A stretch of DNA of 36,242 nucleotides from Bryobacteraceae bacterium (GTDB lineage: Bacteria > Acidobacteriota > Terriglobia > Bryobacterales > Bryobacteraceae). The notes under the pieces are model-generated. The model was not told the origin of the DNA and ran no database searches. It worked only from the letters and a program-made list of their open reading frames with translations. Below, piece after piece: positions 7,713 to 18,539 of this stretch; within the stretch, counting starts at the first letter, position 1, and each line of letters starts with the position of its first letter. A program made the position numbers and the translations under genes. The stretch spans positions 1-36,242 of the forward strand of contig JBOGMI010000361.1 in assembly GCA_050746645.1 (NCBI GenBank), read 5' to 3'.

Positions 7713-9038
7713 ATGGTACGCTTAGATTCGAAAATGCGTACTGTCGACCTGATCCACCGCAAGCGAGATGGCGAAGAACTTTCGCCCGAGGAGATTCGCT
7801 ACGTTGTCGACGGCTATACTCGCGGCGAAATTCCGGATTATCAAGCCTCCGCCTTTTTGATGGCGGTGTTTTTTTCTGGGATGTCGGACCGCGAAGTCAG
7901 CTCGATTACAGAAACCATGATGAACTCGGGGGCCCCTGTGGACTTGTCCGCAGTCCCCGGAGTCAAAGTAGATAAACATTCCACCGGGGGCGTGGGGGAC
8001 AAAACCAGCCTGATTGCGGCGCCCATTGCCGCCTCCGCCGGAGTGGTGGTGCCATTGGTGTCGGGGCGGGCGCTGGGACACACGGGCGGAACGCTGGACA
8101 AGCTGGAATCGATCCCCGGGCTTCGCACCGACCTGACCATCGACGAATTCCGCGCCCAGCTCGCTCAACACAATCTCGCTTTCATCGGCCAGACGGCCGA
8201 GATTGCGCCTGCCGACGGCAAACTCTATGCCCTGCGCGATGCCACGGCGACGGTGGAATCGATTCCGCTGATCGCGTCGTCCATCATGTCGAAGAAACTT
8301 TCGATCGGCGCCGATGCGCTCGTGCTGGATGTGAAGGTCGGCTCGGGCGCCTTCATGAAGAAGCAGGTGGAAGCCCGACGGCTGGCGCAGTTGATGGTGG
8401 GCATCGGGCGCAGGATGGACAAGCGCGTCCAGGCGCTGATTACCGACATGAACCAGCCGCTTGGCTATGCGGTGGGAAATGCGCTGGAGGTGATGGAGGT
8501 TTCGCAGACGCTGCAAAATGCGGGGCCGGCCGATTTGACGCGCATTTGCCTGGAGCTGGCGGCGCGCTTGATTTACCTGGGCAAGGCCGCCAAAACGTTG
8601 GAAGAGGCGCGCGAAACGGCACAGGCCAAATTGCTCGACGGCTCGGGATACCGCAAGCTGAAGGAGGTGATCGAGGCGCAGGGCGGGAATCCGCAGGTGC
8701 TGGATCGCTTCGAGCTGCTGCCGAACGCGACCGGCGCGCAGGAGATTACCACCAGCCGCGGCGGTTACGTCAGCGCCATCGATGCCGAACTGATCGGCCA
8801 GGCATCGGCGATGATCGGCGCCGGCCGCAACACGAAGGAAGATTTGATCGACCCCGCGGTGGGCGTCATTCTGGAGGTGAAAGTGGGCCAGAAAATCGAC
8901 GGGGGCAGCATTCTTTGCCGCATTTACTACACCGCGGACGAGCATCTCGAAGAAGCCGCCGGGTTGGTAGAGGATGCCTTCAAAATTTCACAGCAGCCGG
9001 TGGAAGAGCGCGACCTGATCCTCGAAGTCGTAGGCTAG
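7713..9038 (+). CDS. deoA: thymidine / pyrimidine-nucleoside phosphorylase
   Basis: N-terminal IHRKRDGEELSPEEI, then DYQASAFLMAVFF and the phosphate-binding motif DKHSTGGVGDKTSL. Length 441 aa. An alternative ATG start is at 7734. Confidence 0.93.
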   Translation: MVRLDSKMRTVDLIHRKRDGEELSPEEIRYVVDGYTRGEIPDYQASAFLMAVFFSGMSDREVSSITETMMNSGAPVDLSAVPGVKVDKHSTGGVGDKTSLIAAPIAASAGVVVPLVSGRALGHTGGTLDKLESIPGLRTDLTIDEFRAQLAQHNLAFIGQTAEIAPADGKLYALRDATATVESIPLIASSIMSKKLSIGADALVLDVKVGSGAFMKKQVEARRLAQLMVGIGRRMDKRVQALITDMNQPLGYAVGNALEVMEVSQTLQNAGPADLTRICLELAARLIYLGKAAKTLEEARETAQAKLLDGSGYRKLKEVIEAQGGNPQVLDRFELLPNATGAQEITTSRGGYVSAIDAELIGQASAMIGAGRNTKEDLIDPAVGVILEVKVGQKIDGGSILCRIYYTADEHLEEAAGLVEDAFKISQQPVEERDLILEVVG

Positions 9039-9056
9039 CGATCAGCTAATAGCTAT

Positions 9057-11474
<2,418 letters not shown>

Positions 11475-11501
11475 GTTTCCCGGATTGTACTACAAAACGG
11501 T

Positions 11502-11648
11502 TCAGAGCGTTTGGAGCGCCGCAAACAGCAGTGCGCCGACGACGATCAGCACCAGGATTACCAGCACCACGCAGGGAATCGCGTTTTGGCGCGGCATGGG
11601 CGATACTTTGCCCTTGGATTTTTTCTTTTTGATTCGTGGCGCCGCCAT
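11502..11648 (-). CDS. candidate small membrane protein, 48 aa (below the ORF-track length cut-off)
   Basis: My translation: MAAPRIKKKKSKGKVSPMPRQNAIPCVVLVILVLIVVGALLFAALQTL. It has a polybasic N-terminus and one TM helix, with GC-rich third codon positions in the TM part. GGAG lies 3 nt upstream of the ATG. The ORF fits the 188-nt gap between the zinc-ribbon gene and the permease. Confidence 0.4.
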   Translation of the reverse strand: MAAPRIKKKKSKGKVSPMPRQNAIPCVVLVILVLIVVGALLFAALQTL

Positions 11649-11662
11649 TCGCTCCGTGGGGC

Positions 11663-12136
11663 CTACTTCTTGAACAGGCTATCGAAGGCCGCGCGGGCGT
11701 CGCTTGCGTTGCGCGGTGCCGGGATCGAGCCGTTTTCGGCAAGTTTTTGCATACCGCCCGCCGGCGCTTCGCGCGCTACCGTCACGCGCGGCGCGAACAG
11801 TTCGCATTCGTTCGCCTGGTCCTTTACGGCGATGCGCACCGGAATCGGTTTCGTGCACTGAAAGCGCGTCGAAGAATCGAAATGCACGCACTGCTTGCAG
11901 CAATGAAGCGCGGCGCCGCATTTGGGGCAGTTGCCCTTGAAATCGGTATCGGGCAGCAGCGTTACTGAGCAACTGAAGCAGCGCGAGGCCGCTACGTTCT
12001 CCACCAGGCGCGGCAGCTTCGGACCGGTTACATCGATGGGAAGTCTGGGGCCCTGAGGGCGCTGCCGCTCCGAACGGTACGAATCCCGTTCGGAATCCTG
12101 ATAACCATGCTGACTATATTTGCGATCTCCGTCCAT
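11663..12136 (-). CDS. zinc-ribbon domain protein of unknown function
   Basis: ATG 12136 is preceded by AAGGAG on the minus strand. Cys clusters CFSC...CPKCGAALHCCKQCVHFD...C follow a disordered Arg/Ser/Asp-rich N-terminus. The ORF-track start at 12184 adds 16 residues with no ribosome-binding site. Confidence 0.7.
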   Translation of the reverse strand: MDGDRKYSQHGYQDSERDSYRSERQRPQGPRLPIDVTGPKLPRLVENVAASRCFSCSVTLLPDTDFKGNCPKCGAALHCCKQCVHFDSSTRFQCTKPIPVRIAVKDQANECELFAPRVTVAREAPAGGMQKLAENGSIPAPRNASDARAAFDSLFKK

Positions 12137-12453
12137 GCTGGTTGATCGGCTCCTTGGAACTCCGACGGTACACGGATACACCAAACTAGTTGAACACCCA
12201 TTTCCGTCAGGTAATACATACAGATGCAGTGCCGGAACCGTGAAACGTACGTGTTGCCCGGTACGCGTCAGGTTGAGGTGGCGAGTTCCGATGCTATCGG
12301 AAGGATGGGTTAGCAGACCTCGCCTGCACCTAGCTCCTATGTACCACAGAAGCGGGTCCGAGCGCTAGGGGGTAAGGGCAAATAATTGCGAAAGGGCTCA
12401 GCCCGAAAGTTCGTTGTTGACCCTCAATTTGCCCATTTCCAAAATGCCGAATC

Positions 12454-12510
12454 GGAGCCGGGAGCGCAAGCGACCTGGTTGTGGCATGCCTCGCTTACGC
12501 TTGGGGCTCC
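12454..12510. terminator. long imperfect hairpin just 3' of the glgP stop; full-length copy B of repeat family 1 (whole element 12444-12510)
   Basis: GGAGCC (12454-59) pairs with GGCTCC (12505-10). AGCGCAAGCGA (12463-73) pairs with TCGCTTACGCT (12491-501) at 10 of 11 positions. The loop contains the palindrome GGCATGCC. There is no clean U-tract, so a terminator role is inferred from position only. Confidence 0.4.
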
Positions 12511-12514
12511 GCTT

Positions 12515-15067
12515 CTAATCCGAAACCCATTTCAGCGGTGAGTTGCAGGGCCGTGTTAGCGGATTATCGAAATGATCGGGGCTGATGCGCACCGAGTATC
12601 CGAGGCGGCCGGTTCGCTGCACAATAAATTCGTTGGCGAAAGTCACGGCGGTTCCATGCTCTTCGACCGGCGCCAGCGTGAGCGCATGGGTTTCCTGTAA
12701 ATCCCCATCGGCGCCGATCTGCCCGATGACCGCCTCGATGCGAACTTCGCAAGGATTGAGACCGGCGAGATCGATGGTGGCGCGCACGCTGACGGAAGAT
12801 CCGCTGAGGACGCGATCGCCGGGGCCTTGCGGCGCGTCGAGGAAACGGATGCGATCCCAGGCCTGGGCAATGCGCGCATCCCATTGCGACTTCTGCCGGG
12901 CGGCTTCGAAATCGCCCTTGGTGAGCGCCTGCGACAGTTCGTGCGCCGGTTGATACAACTGCGACATATATTCGGCGAGCATGCGGCGGCAGCCGAACCA
13001 GGGAGTGATGTTGGCCAGTGATATTTTCATACGCCGCACCCACTCCAAGGGAAAATCCGGCTCGCTCTGGGCATAGAAAAGCGGAACGATCTCATTTTCC
13101 AGCCGGGAATAGATGGCGCTGGCGTGGATGTCGTCCTGGTCTTCCGAATACGGCGAGCGGTCGCCGATGGCCCAGCCGCCGGAGACCTCGTAGGCTTCGT
13201 CGAACCAGCCGTCGAGCACGCTGAGGTTGAGCACGCCATTCATGGCCGCCTTCATGCCGCTGGTGCCGCAAGCTTCTTCTCCGCGGCGCGGATTGTTCAG
13301 CCACAGATCGACGCCCTGAACCAGTTCGCGCGCGAGCTCGATGCCATAATCTTCGACGAAGATGAGCCGCTTGCAAATCTCCGGATCGCGCGACAGCGTG
13401 ACGATTTCGCGAATCAGCGTTTTCCCCGGATGATCTTTCGGATGCGCTTTCCCGGCGATAACCACCTGAACCGGCATGGTGGGATGGTTGAGAATACGCT
13501 TCAAACGCGCGACATCGCGGAACACCAGCGTGGCTCGTTTGTAAGTCGCAAAGCGCCGCGCAAAGCCGATGGTGAGGATCTCCGGATCGAGCACTTCCTG
13601 CAATCGCCGCACTTCGGCGGCCGAGGCTTTCCGCCGCAGGGCCGAATTGATCGAGCGCTCGCGCACAAACGCCACCGTGCCGCGCTTGCGCTTGCGGTGC
13701 ATTTCCCAGAGTTCCTCACTCGGAATCTCGTGCACCATTTCCCACATCTCGGCATCGCCCATTCGCTCCCGCCAGTCCGGCTGGAGATATTCATCATAGA
13801 GACTGGCCAGGTCGCCGTTGATCCAGGACGGCAGATGAACGCCGTTGGTGATGGAAGTGATGGGCACTTCCTCTACGGGAATCCGCGGCCACAGATCCTG
13901 GAACATCTCTTGGGAAACAGTGCGGTGCAAGGCGCTCACCGCATTGCGAAATGCCGACGCGTTCAACGCCAGAACGGCCATGGAGAAGCGTTCGCCCGAG
14001 TCCTGCATGTTGCGGCGGCCGAGCTTGAGCAGATTCTCGAAGGGGAAGGCGGCGCGCTCGCAATAGGAATGGAAATAGTCGTATATCACACTCGAATCGA
14101 AAAGATCAATCCCCGCCGGGACTGAGGTATGGGTGGTGAACACGTTACTGACGCGGGTTGCCTGAAGCGCCTCGTCGAACGTGAGTCCTTGCTCCTCCAT
14201 CAACACGCGCACACGCTCGATGGCGAGAAAGGCCGAGTGCCCTTCGTTCATGTGATAGACGGTCGGCTGGATGCCCAGTTTTTTCAGTGCGCGCAGACCG
14301 CCGATCCCCACCACGATCTCCTGCTGGATGCGCATGTGAAGATCGCCGCCGTAAAGCCGGTCGGTGATATCGCGATGCTCCGGGTTGGAGTTTTGCGGAA
14401 TATTGGTGTCGAGCACGTATAGCTTCACGCGGCCGACATCGATGCGCCAAACCTTGATGAACACCTCGCCGGTCGGCAGCGTCACGCTGACGATCACGTC
14501 TTCACCGTGTTCGTCTTCGCAGGGGCGCACCGGAAGCGTGTAGAAATCGTTCACCGGATTGCTCTCCTGCTGCCAGCCGTCCGGGTTCAGATGCTGTTGC
14601 AGATAGCCGCGTTGGTAGAGCAGGCCGACGCCGGTCAGGGCAAAGTCGCTATCGCTGGCGGCTTTCAGATGGTCGCCGGAAAGGATGCCGAGACCGCCCG
14701 AATAGATCGGCATGCAATCGAGCAGCCCGTATTCCATCGAAAAATAGGCGATGCGCGGCGTATCCTCGCCGGGTACGGCGCTTTGCAAATAGCTATCGTG
14801 CCGTTCGCAGGAGAGGCGGTAGAGCCGCATGAAGCGCGGATCGGCCGCCGCGCGGTTCAACTTCTCCTGGGGAATCAGGCCCAGCATCTCAACTGGATTG
14901 TGATTGCTCGTTTTCCAAAGCGCTGGGTCCAGCCGCCGGAACAGCGAACGGACAGTGTGATCCCAACTCCACAGCAGGTTATAGGAGATCTCGGAGAGAC
15001 GCGAAAGCGACGGCGGCAACGCGGGCCGGACAAGAAATTCCTTCAGGGGTTTGATGTGATATGCCAT
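12515..15067 (-). CDS. glgP: alpha-glucan (glycogen/maltodextrin) phosphorylase, GT35, long bacterial type
   Basis: 850 aa. N-terminal SYNLLWSWDH region, GGLGILSGDHLKAASD, and the pyridoxal-phosphate lysine region EACGTSGMKAAMNGVLNLS. Confidence 0.93.
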   Translation of the reverse strand: MAYHIKPLKEFLVRPALPPSLSRLSEISYNLLWSWDHTVRSLFRRLDPALWKTSNHNPVEMLGLIPQEKLNRAAADPRFMRLYRLSCERHDSYLQSAVPGEDTPRIAYFSMEYGLLDCMPIYSGGLGILSGDHLKAASDSDFALTGVGLLYQRGYLQQHLNPDGWQQESNPVNDFYTLPVRPCEDEHGEDVIVSVTLPTGEVFIKVWRIDVGRVKLYVLDTNIPQNSNPEHRDITDRLYGGDLHMRIQQEIVVGIGGLRALKKLGIQPTVYHMNEGHSAFLAIERVRVLMEEQGLTFDEALQATRVSNVFTTHTSVPAGIDLFDSSVIYDYFHSYCERAAFPFENLLKLGRRNMQDSGERFSMAVLALNASAFRNAVSALHRTVSQEMFQDLWPRIPVEEVPITSITNGVHLPSWINGDLASLYDEYLQPDWRERMGDAEMWEMVHEIPSEELWEMHRKRKRGTVAFVRERSINSALRRKASAAEVRRLQEVLDPEILTIGFARRFATYKRATLVFRDVARLKRILNHPTMPVQVVIAGKAHPKDHPGKTLIREIVTLSRDPEICKRLIFVEDYGIELARELVQGVDLWLNNPRRGEEACGTSGMKAAMNGVLNLSVLDGWFDEAYEVSGGWAIGDRSPYSEDQDDIHASAIYSRLENEIVPLFYAQSEPDFPLEWVRRMKISLANITPWFGCRRMLAEYMSQLYQPAHELSQALTKGDFEAARQKSQWDARIAQAWDRIRFLDAPQGPGDRVLSGSSVSVRATIDLAGLNPCEVRIEAVIGQIGADGDLQETHALTLAPVEEHGTAVTFANEFIVQRTGRLGYSVRISPDHFDNPLTRPCNSPLKWVSD

Positions 15068-15125
15068 CAGGCGCTACAACAATAATTGGATTGTTTGAGG
15101 CTCGAAAATATCGGCATTAATCCGC

Positions 15126-15134
15126 TGCTATTAT
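15126..15134 (+). promoter_or_regulatory. extended -10-like element TGcTATTAT abutting the ABC ATPase start codons
   Basis: Seen in sequence. In-frame ATGs follow at 15138, 15144 and 15147, which is a leaderless-type geometry. Confidence 0.25.
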
Positions 15135-15137
15135 CCC

Positions 15138-15917
15138 ATGCGGATGATGGTGAAGGAGGGCTTTCTGTCCTATCTTTCGATTAACGATTTAACGTATTCG
15201 GTGGCGGGCCGCTGCGTGCTCGACCGGCTGACGATCGAAGTCGAACGCGGCGAGACGGTAGTTTTGCTCGGCCGCAGCGGCTCGGGCAAGACGACTGCCT
15301 TGCGGCTCATCAATCGGATGCTGGAACCCACTTCCGGCGGCATTCTTCTGGATGGCGAAAATACCGCCTCGCTCGATCCGATCGTGCTGCGGCGGCGCAT
15401 CGGCTACGTGATTCAGGAATTCGGCTTGCTGCCGCACTGGACCGTGGAGCAGAACGTTTCGCTGGTTCCGCGGCTGGAGCGCTGGCCCAAAGAAAAGCAA
15501 CTGGAGCGCGCGCGCGAATTGCTGGACCAGGTCGGGTTGCCCGCGGCTGAGTTCGGCTCGCGGCTTCCGCACGAACTGTCCGGCGGACAGCGCCAGCGCG
15601 TCGCCGTTGCCCGCGCGCTTGCGGCGTATCCCGCGCTGCTGCTTTTCGACGAACCGTTCGGCGCGCTCGATCCGCTGACCCGCCATGAAATGCAGCAGCA
15701 GTTTCTCTCACTCCGCGACCGCTACCGGCTCGCATCGGTGTTCGTCACCCACGACGTGTTGGAGGCGCTGGCGCTTGCCACTCGCATCGCGGTGCTCGAC
15801 CGCGGCCGCGTCGAGCTGATCGCCGCGCCGGAAGAATTCCTTCAGGCGCAAACGCCCGTCGCGCGTGCTTTTGTGGAGACTGTGCCGAAGGAAGTGACCC
15901 GGGCGCGATCGGGTTAA
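15138..15917 (+). CDS. ABC transporter ATP-binding protein, OpuC/ProV (osmoprotectant) type, without CBS domains
   Basis: Walker A GRSGSGKTT, signature LSGGQRQRVAVARAL, Walker B LLLFDEPFGALD, H-loop THD. The region IQEFGLLPHWTVEQNVSLVPRLERWPKEK is OpuCA/ProV-like. The start is ambiguous within 15138-15165. No permease or binding-protein gene is nearby. Confidence 0.88.
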   Translation: MRMMVKEGFLSYLSINDLTYSVAGRCVLDRLTIEVERGETVVLLGRSGSGKTTALRLINRMLEPTSGGILLDGENTASLDPIVLRRRIGYVIQEFGLLPHWTVEQNVSLVPRLERWPKEKQLERARELLDQVGLPAAEFGSRLPHELSGGQRQRVAVARALAAYPALLLFDEPFGALDPLTRHEMQQQFLSLRDRYRLASVFVTHDVLEALALATRIAVLDRGRVELIAAPEEFLQAQTPVARAFVETVPKEVTRARSG

Positions 15918-15992
15918 CCACGGTGTCAACCAAAGCGGCGTGCCGATCGTGTTCGTTCCCACCGCCGAGCCTTACTGGGCGCCCTGAACGCA

Positions 15993-16715
15993 TCACGGTA
16001 CAGGAACCAGCAGAGCCTTGCTGGCGACGGTGGTGAGGCCGTCCAAGGTATGCAGGAAATTCGACGAAAGTGGCGGAGCCTCCTGCAGATGCCACAACAA
16101 TTCGGCATTCTGCCAAGCCGCCTCGCGTGCGGCGCTTACACTCCAGGCAGCGATCGTGTCTTCGAGATGAGAAACAGGCGGGAGCGGGTCGCCAAGAAGA
16201 CGCACGCCTAACATCCGCTTAGCGGATTCGACCAAAGCATCTAAGGTCGTGTTGAGCGCCGTGTAATCGTTGTAATGCGCGCTCGCGTGTTGGGGGGGAG
16301 CGCCAGAGGCCTGACACGTAGCGACGATCGCCTGAGGAAGATCGTGATTGATGTGCGCGTTGATGCCCGCCAGAGCGTACTGGATGCGGGCGACCGCAAC
16401 CCGGTCCCGGCGGGAAAACAGTGCGCGCCAGCAGCCTGGGCATATTTGACCCGAGAGCGCCGAGTCAAGAGCGCCGAAATAGAGCCGAGCGAATTGGACA
16501 TCGAGCTGTGCCATCCATGCGGCATCCGCGAATCCGCCGGAAGCGATGCGCGCTTCGACAGCCTGGGTCACATGATGGTACAGCCAGTTGAACCATTTAA
16601 GGCCATCGCCGTCGGAACAGGTGGCCTCAATCGTCTGCATCGCCCGGAGAACGTCGGAAACCGATTGCGCGGGTGTTCGAATGGCGGCAAGAATCGCAGC
16701 GTCGTAGGGGAACAT
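15993..16715 (-). CDS. hypothetical protein, DUF5995-like (recognised from memory)
   Basis: 240-aa helical protein with FNWLYHHVTQAV and YALAGINAHINHDLPQAIV, which I associate with DUF5995. No signal peptide. Confidence 0.6.
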   Translation of the reverse strand: MFPYDAAILAAIRTPAQSVSDVLRAMQTIEATCSDGDGLKWFNWLYHHVTQAVEARIASGGFADAAWMAQLDVQFARLYFGALDSALSGQICPGCWRALFSRRDRVAVARIQYALAGINAHINHDLPQAIVATCQASGAPPQHASAHYNDYTALNTTLDALVESAKRMLGVRLLGDPLPPVSHLEDTIAAWSVSAAREAAWQNAELLWHLQEAPPLSSNFLHTLDGLTTVASKALLVPVP

Positions 16716-16723
16716 GGCCGGTT

Positions 16724-16729
16724 ATTATA
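16724..16729 (-). promoter_or_regulatory. perfect TATAAT hexamer 8 nt upstream of ATG 16715
   Basis: The minus strand reads aagcTATAATaaccggccATG. No Shine-Dalgarno sequence and no convincing -35 element. Confidence 0.25.
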
Positions 16730-16771
16730 GCTTGCGCTTGCCGCGTCGCCCCGGGTTGGCGGAGTTGCAAC

Positions 16772-18496
16772 TCACGCCTGCTCCAAAACCGCCTGCGCCC
16801 ATTCAAAATACCCAACATGCGGGCTCCAGTATTCATTGGTCCGCCAACTGAAGCCGAAGCTTGTATCGAGAATCGGCCGGTCGTCTGCATTGCCGCAGAT
16901 GCCGTTCATGATGCCTCCCGGAATCACGCCCACATAGCGCGAGTGAGGATACGGATTCCGCACCCCGATGCCGCTCGCCAGCGTTGCTCCAAATGGATTC
17001 GTTCCGAAGATCCATTCCAGTTGCCGGTAGGCGAGACCGCGGTAAGCCGGTTGATGGAGATCGGTAGCCGCCGTAGCAAACAGCAGCGCATGCGACGCCA
17101 AGTGCGCATTCAGCCCTTGCCACCAGAACTGCTTACGCACGGGCATGAAGAACCGGTATGTCAGATTGCCGGAGACAGGTCGATACCGTTCCGGCGTCGG
17201 CGAGCCGTGAAACAGTCCGAACGGCATAAAGCCGTAAGCGGATCGCTCGCACATCGGTATCGCATATTCATCGATGTAGCGCCGTGCGGCCTGCCGCCAC
17301 TGCGGCGCGTCAGAAGAATCGGGGAAGACGCGCGCAGCTTCCAGCAGCGCAAACGGCGGCAATGCGCCATGAACCGCATGCTTATACGGTTCGGACGAAC
17401 CGCGCGCCATGGGCCAGAACCCCCGCGAATGTTGCAAGCTGGCCAAATCCATGGCAAGCTGCTGGGCGGCTCGGAGCACTTCATCGTCTCCGGTTGCATG
17501 ATGGAGGGCGATCGCCGCGAGCGTCCACCAGCCTGACTGCACCGTATCGCCAGCCCGCGTGTTCGCGCCCCAGCATCGCTTCGCAGCCGTAAGGCAGCGC
17601 TCGGAATAGGTTCTGTCGCGGGCCGCAAATTCGGACGCGTACTTGGCCTGCAGAGCCGTGAACATCGCTTGGACCAAGCCGGGTTTTGCCGGGTTCAGAT
17701 AGCGGTCATCTGCCGTTCCGATGCGGTTATCCGTCCAGTGATTATCGCTGTTGTCGCCATTGACTCCGCCCGCGACATCTGCCCAGACACGGCCGTCCGT
17801 GTCCTGCATCTTCAAAAAGTAAGTGTTGCCCCAGCGCACCTCTTCGTGCAGCGGAGCCAGGCCGGAGCCTGCCAGATCCCAACTCTCCCCCAGATGCTTT
17901 GCAATGGCGAGCAGCCCGAATGCGTTCATCATGGTCGCATCCATCCACTTGCGCACATCGCCGGCATCATGCCAGCCCCCCACTTCGTCCACATGCCGGT
18001 CGTTATCGCGTCGCCTGGCATCGTCAAGATGGCAGACTGCATGTACATTGGGTACCGCCACCCCGCAGCGCTGCGCGCGATGGTAGCTGACCACCACGGG
18101 TAGATAGCGCCTCCATGCATCCGGCCGGATGAAGAAAGGCGGAGAGATCTCGTTCCCCACGCGGATCTGATACAGCCCTGGCCGCCTCACATCGCTGAAG
18201 TCCCCCACGAGCGCCGGCGCGAAATCCGAGTGCATCGGCTTCAGAGGACGCTCGATCCGGAAGGCAGGCCCGCTGGAAATGTCATACATCGAAAAGACAC
18301 CTGGCGCGTTCGTATTTCGTGCCACGATGCGCTTGTTCGCCTCGGGCCGAAAACCGACATGGCACACGGCAATGGCGGGCTCCGGACCCGCGGTCATCGT
18401 CTCGACCGGCTCCGGCTTCGGCGGCCCCTCCTGGGCCTGCAGAGCAGTAGCTGTGGCCGCTAAAGCCAATCCTTGCAGAAATTCACGGCGTTCCAC
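16772..18496 (-). CDS. glycoside hydrolase family 9 (endoglucanase-like), Tat-exported
   Basis: Twin-arginine leader MERREFLQGLALAATATALQAQ. An N-terminal Ig-like region is followed by the GH9 catalytic signatures YHRAQRCG and GGWHDAGDVRKW. GTG start. Confidence 0.85.
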   Translation of the reverse strand: MERREFLQGLALAATATALQAQEGPPKPEPVETMTAGPEPAIAVCHVGFRPEANKRIVARNTNAPGVFSMYDISSGPAFRIERPLKPMHSDFAPALVGDFSDVRRPGLYQIRVGNEISPPFFIRPDAWRRYLPVVVSYHRAQRCGVAVPNVHAVCHLDDARRRDNDRHVDEVGGWHDAGDVRKWMDATMMNAFGLLAIAKHLGESWDLAGSGLAPLHEEVRWGNTYFLKMQDTDGRVWADVAGGVNGDNSDNHWTDNRIGTADDRYLNPAKPGLVQAMFTALQAKYASEFAARDRTYSERCLTAAKRCWGANTRAGDTVQSGWWTLAAIALHHATGDDEVLRAAQQLAMDLASLQHSRGFWPMARGSSEPYKHAVHGALPPFALLEAARVFPDSSDAPQWRQAARRYIDEYAIPMCERSAYGFMPFGLFHGSPTPERYRPVSGNLTYRFFMPVRKQFWWQGLNAHLASHALLFATAATDLHQPAYRGLAYRQLEWIFGTNPFGATLASGIGVRNPYPHSRYVGVIPGGIMNGICGNADDRPILDTSFGFSWRTNEYWSPHVGYFEWAQAVLEQA

Positions 18497-18539
18497 AAAA
18501 CCGGTTTAGCACGCCGAGTCTCTCCGCTACTAAAGCGCT

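Noticed and set aside
7722-8945. 407-aa antisense ORF inside the thymidine phosphorylase gene. Similar shadows occur at 18-782, 1022-1678, 3865-4590, 4822-5676, 5990-6844, 10899-11861 and 13124-14125.
   Set aside because: All of them sit in the antisense frame that shares codon boundaries with the real gene (checked by coordinate modulo 3). None has a recognisable domain. This is the expected high-GC artefact.
12120-12368. 82-aa plus-strand ORF in the large intergenic region
   Set aside because: It overlaps the zinc-ribbon gene start. It has mixed codon composition, no ribosome-binding site and no motifs. The region is better treated as non-coding.
12444-12518. Short ORFs starting at the conserved ATG of repeat copies B (MPNRSRERKRPGCGMPRLRLGLRF) and C (MPNQSRKRKRPSPVAALL..., 18540-18629)
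   Set aside because: Copy A lacks the ATG. Substitutions between B and C are not biased toward synonymous sites, and the frames diverge completely after about 12 codons. There is no ribosome-binding site. The conservation is better explained at the nucleotide or structure level.
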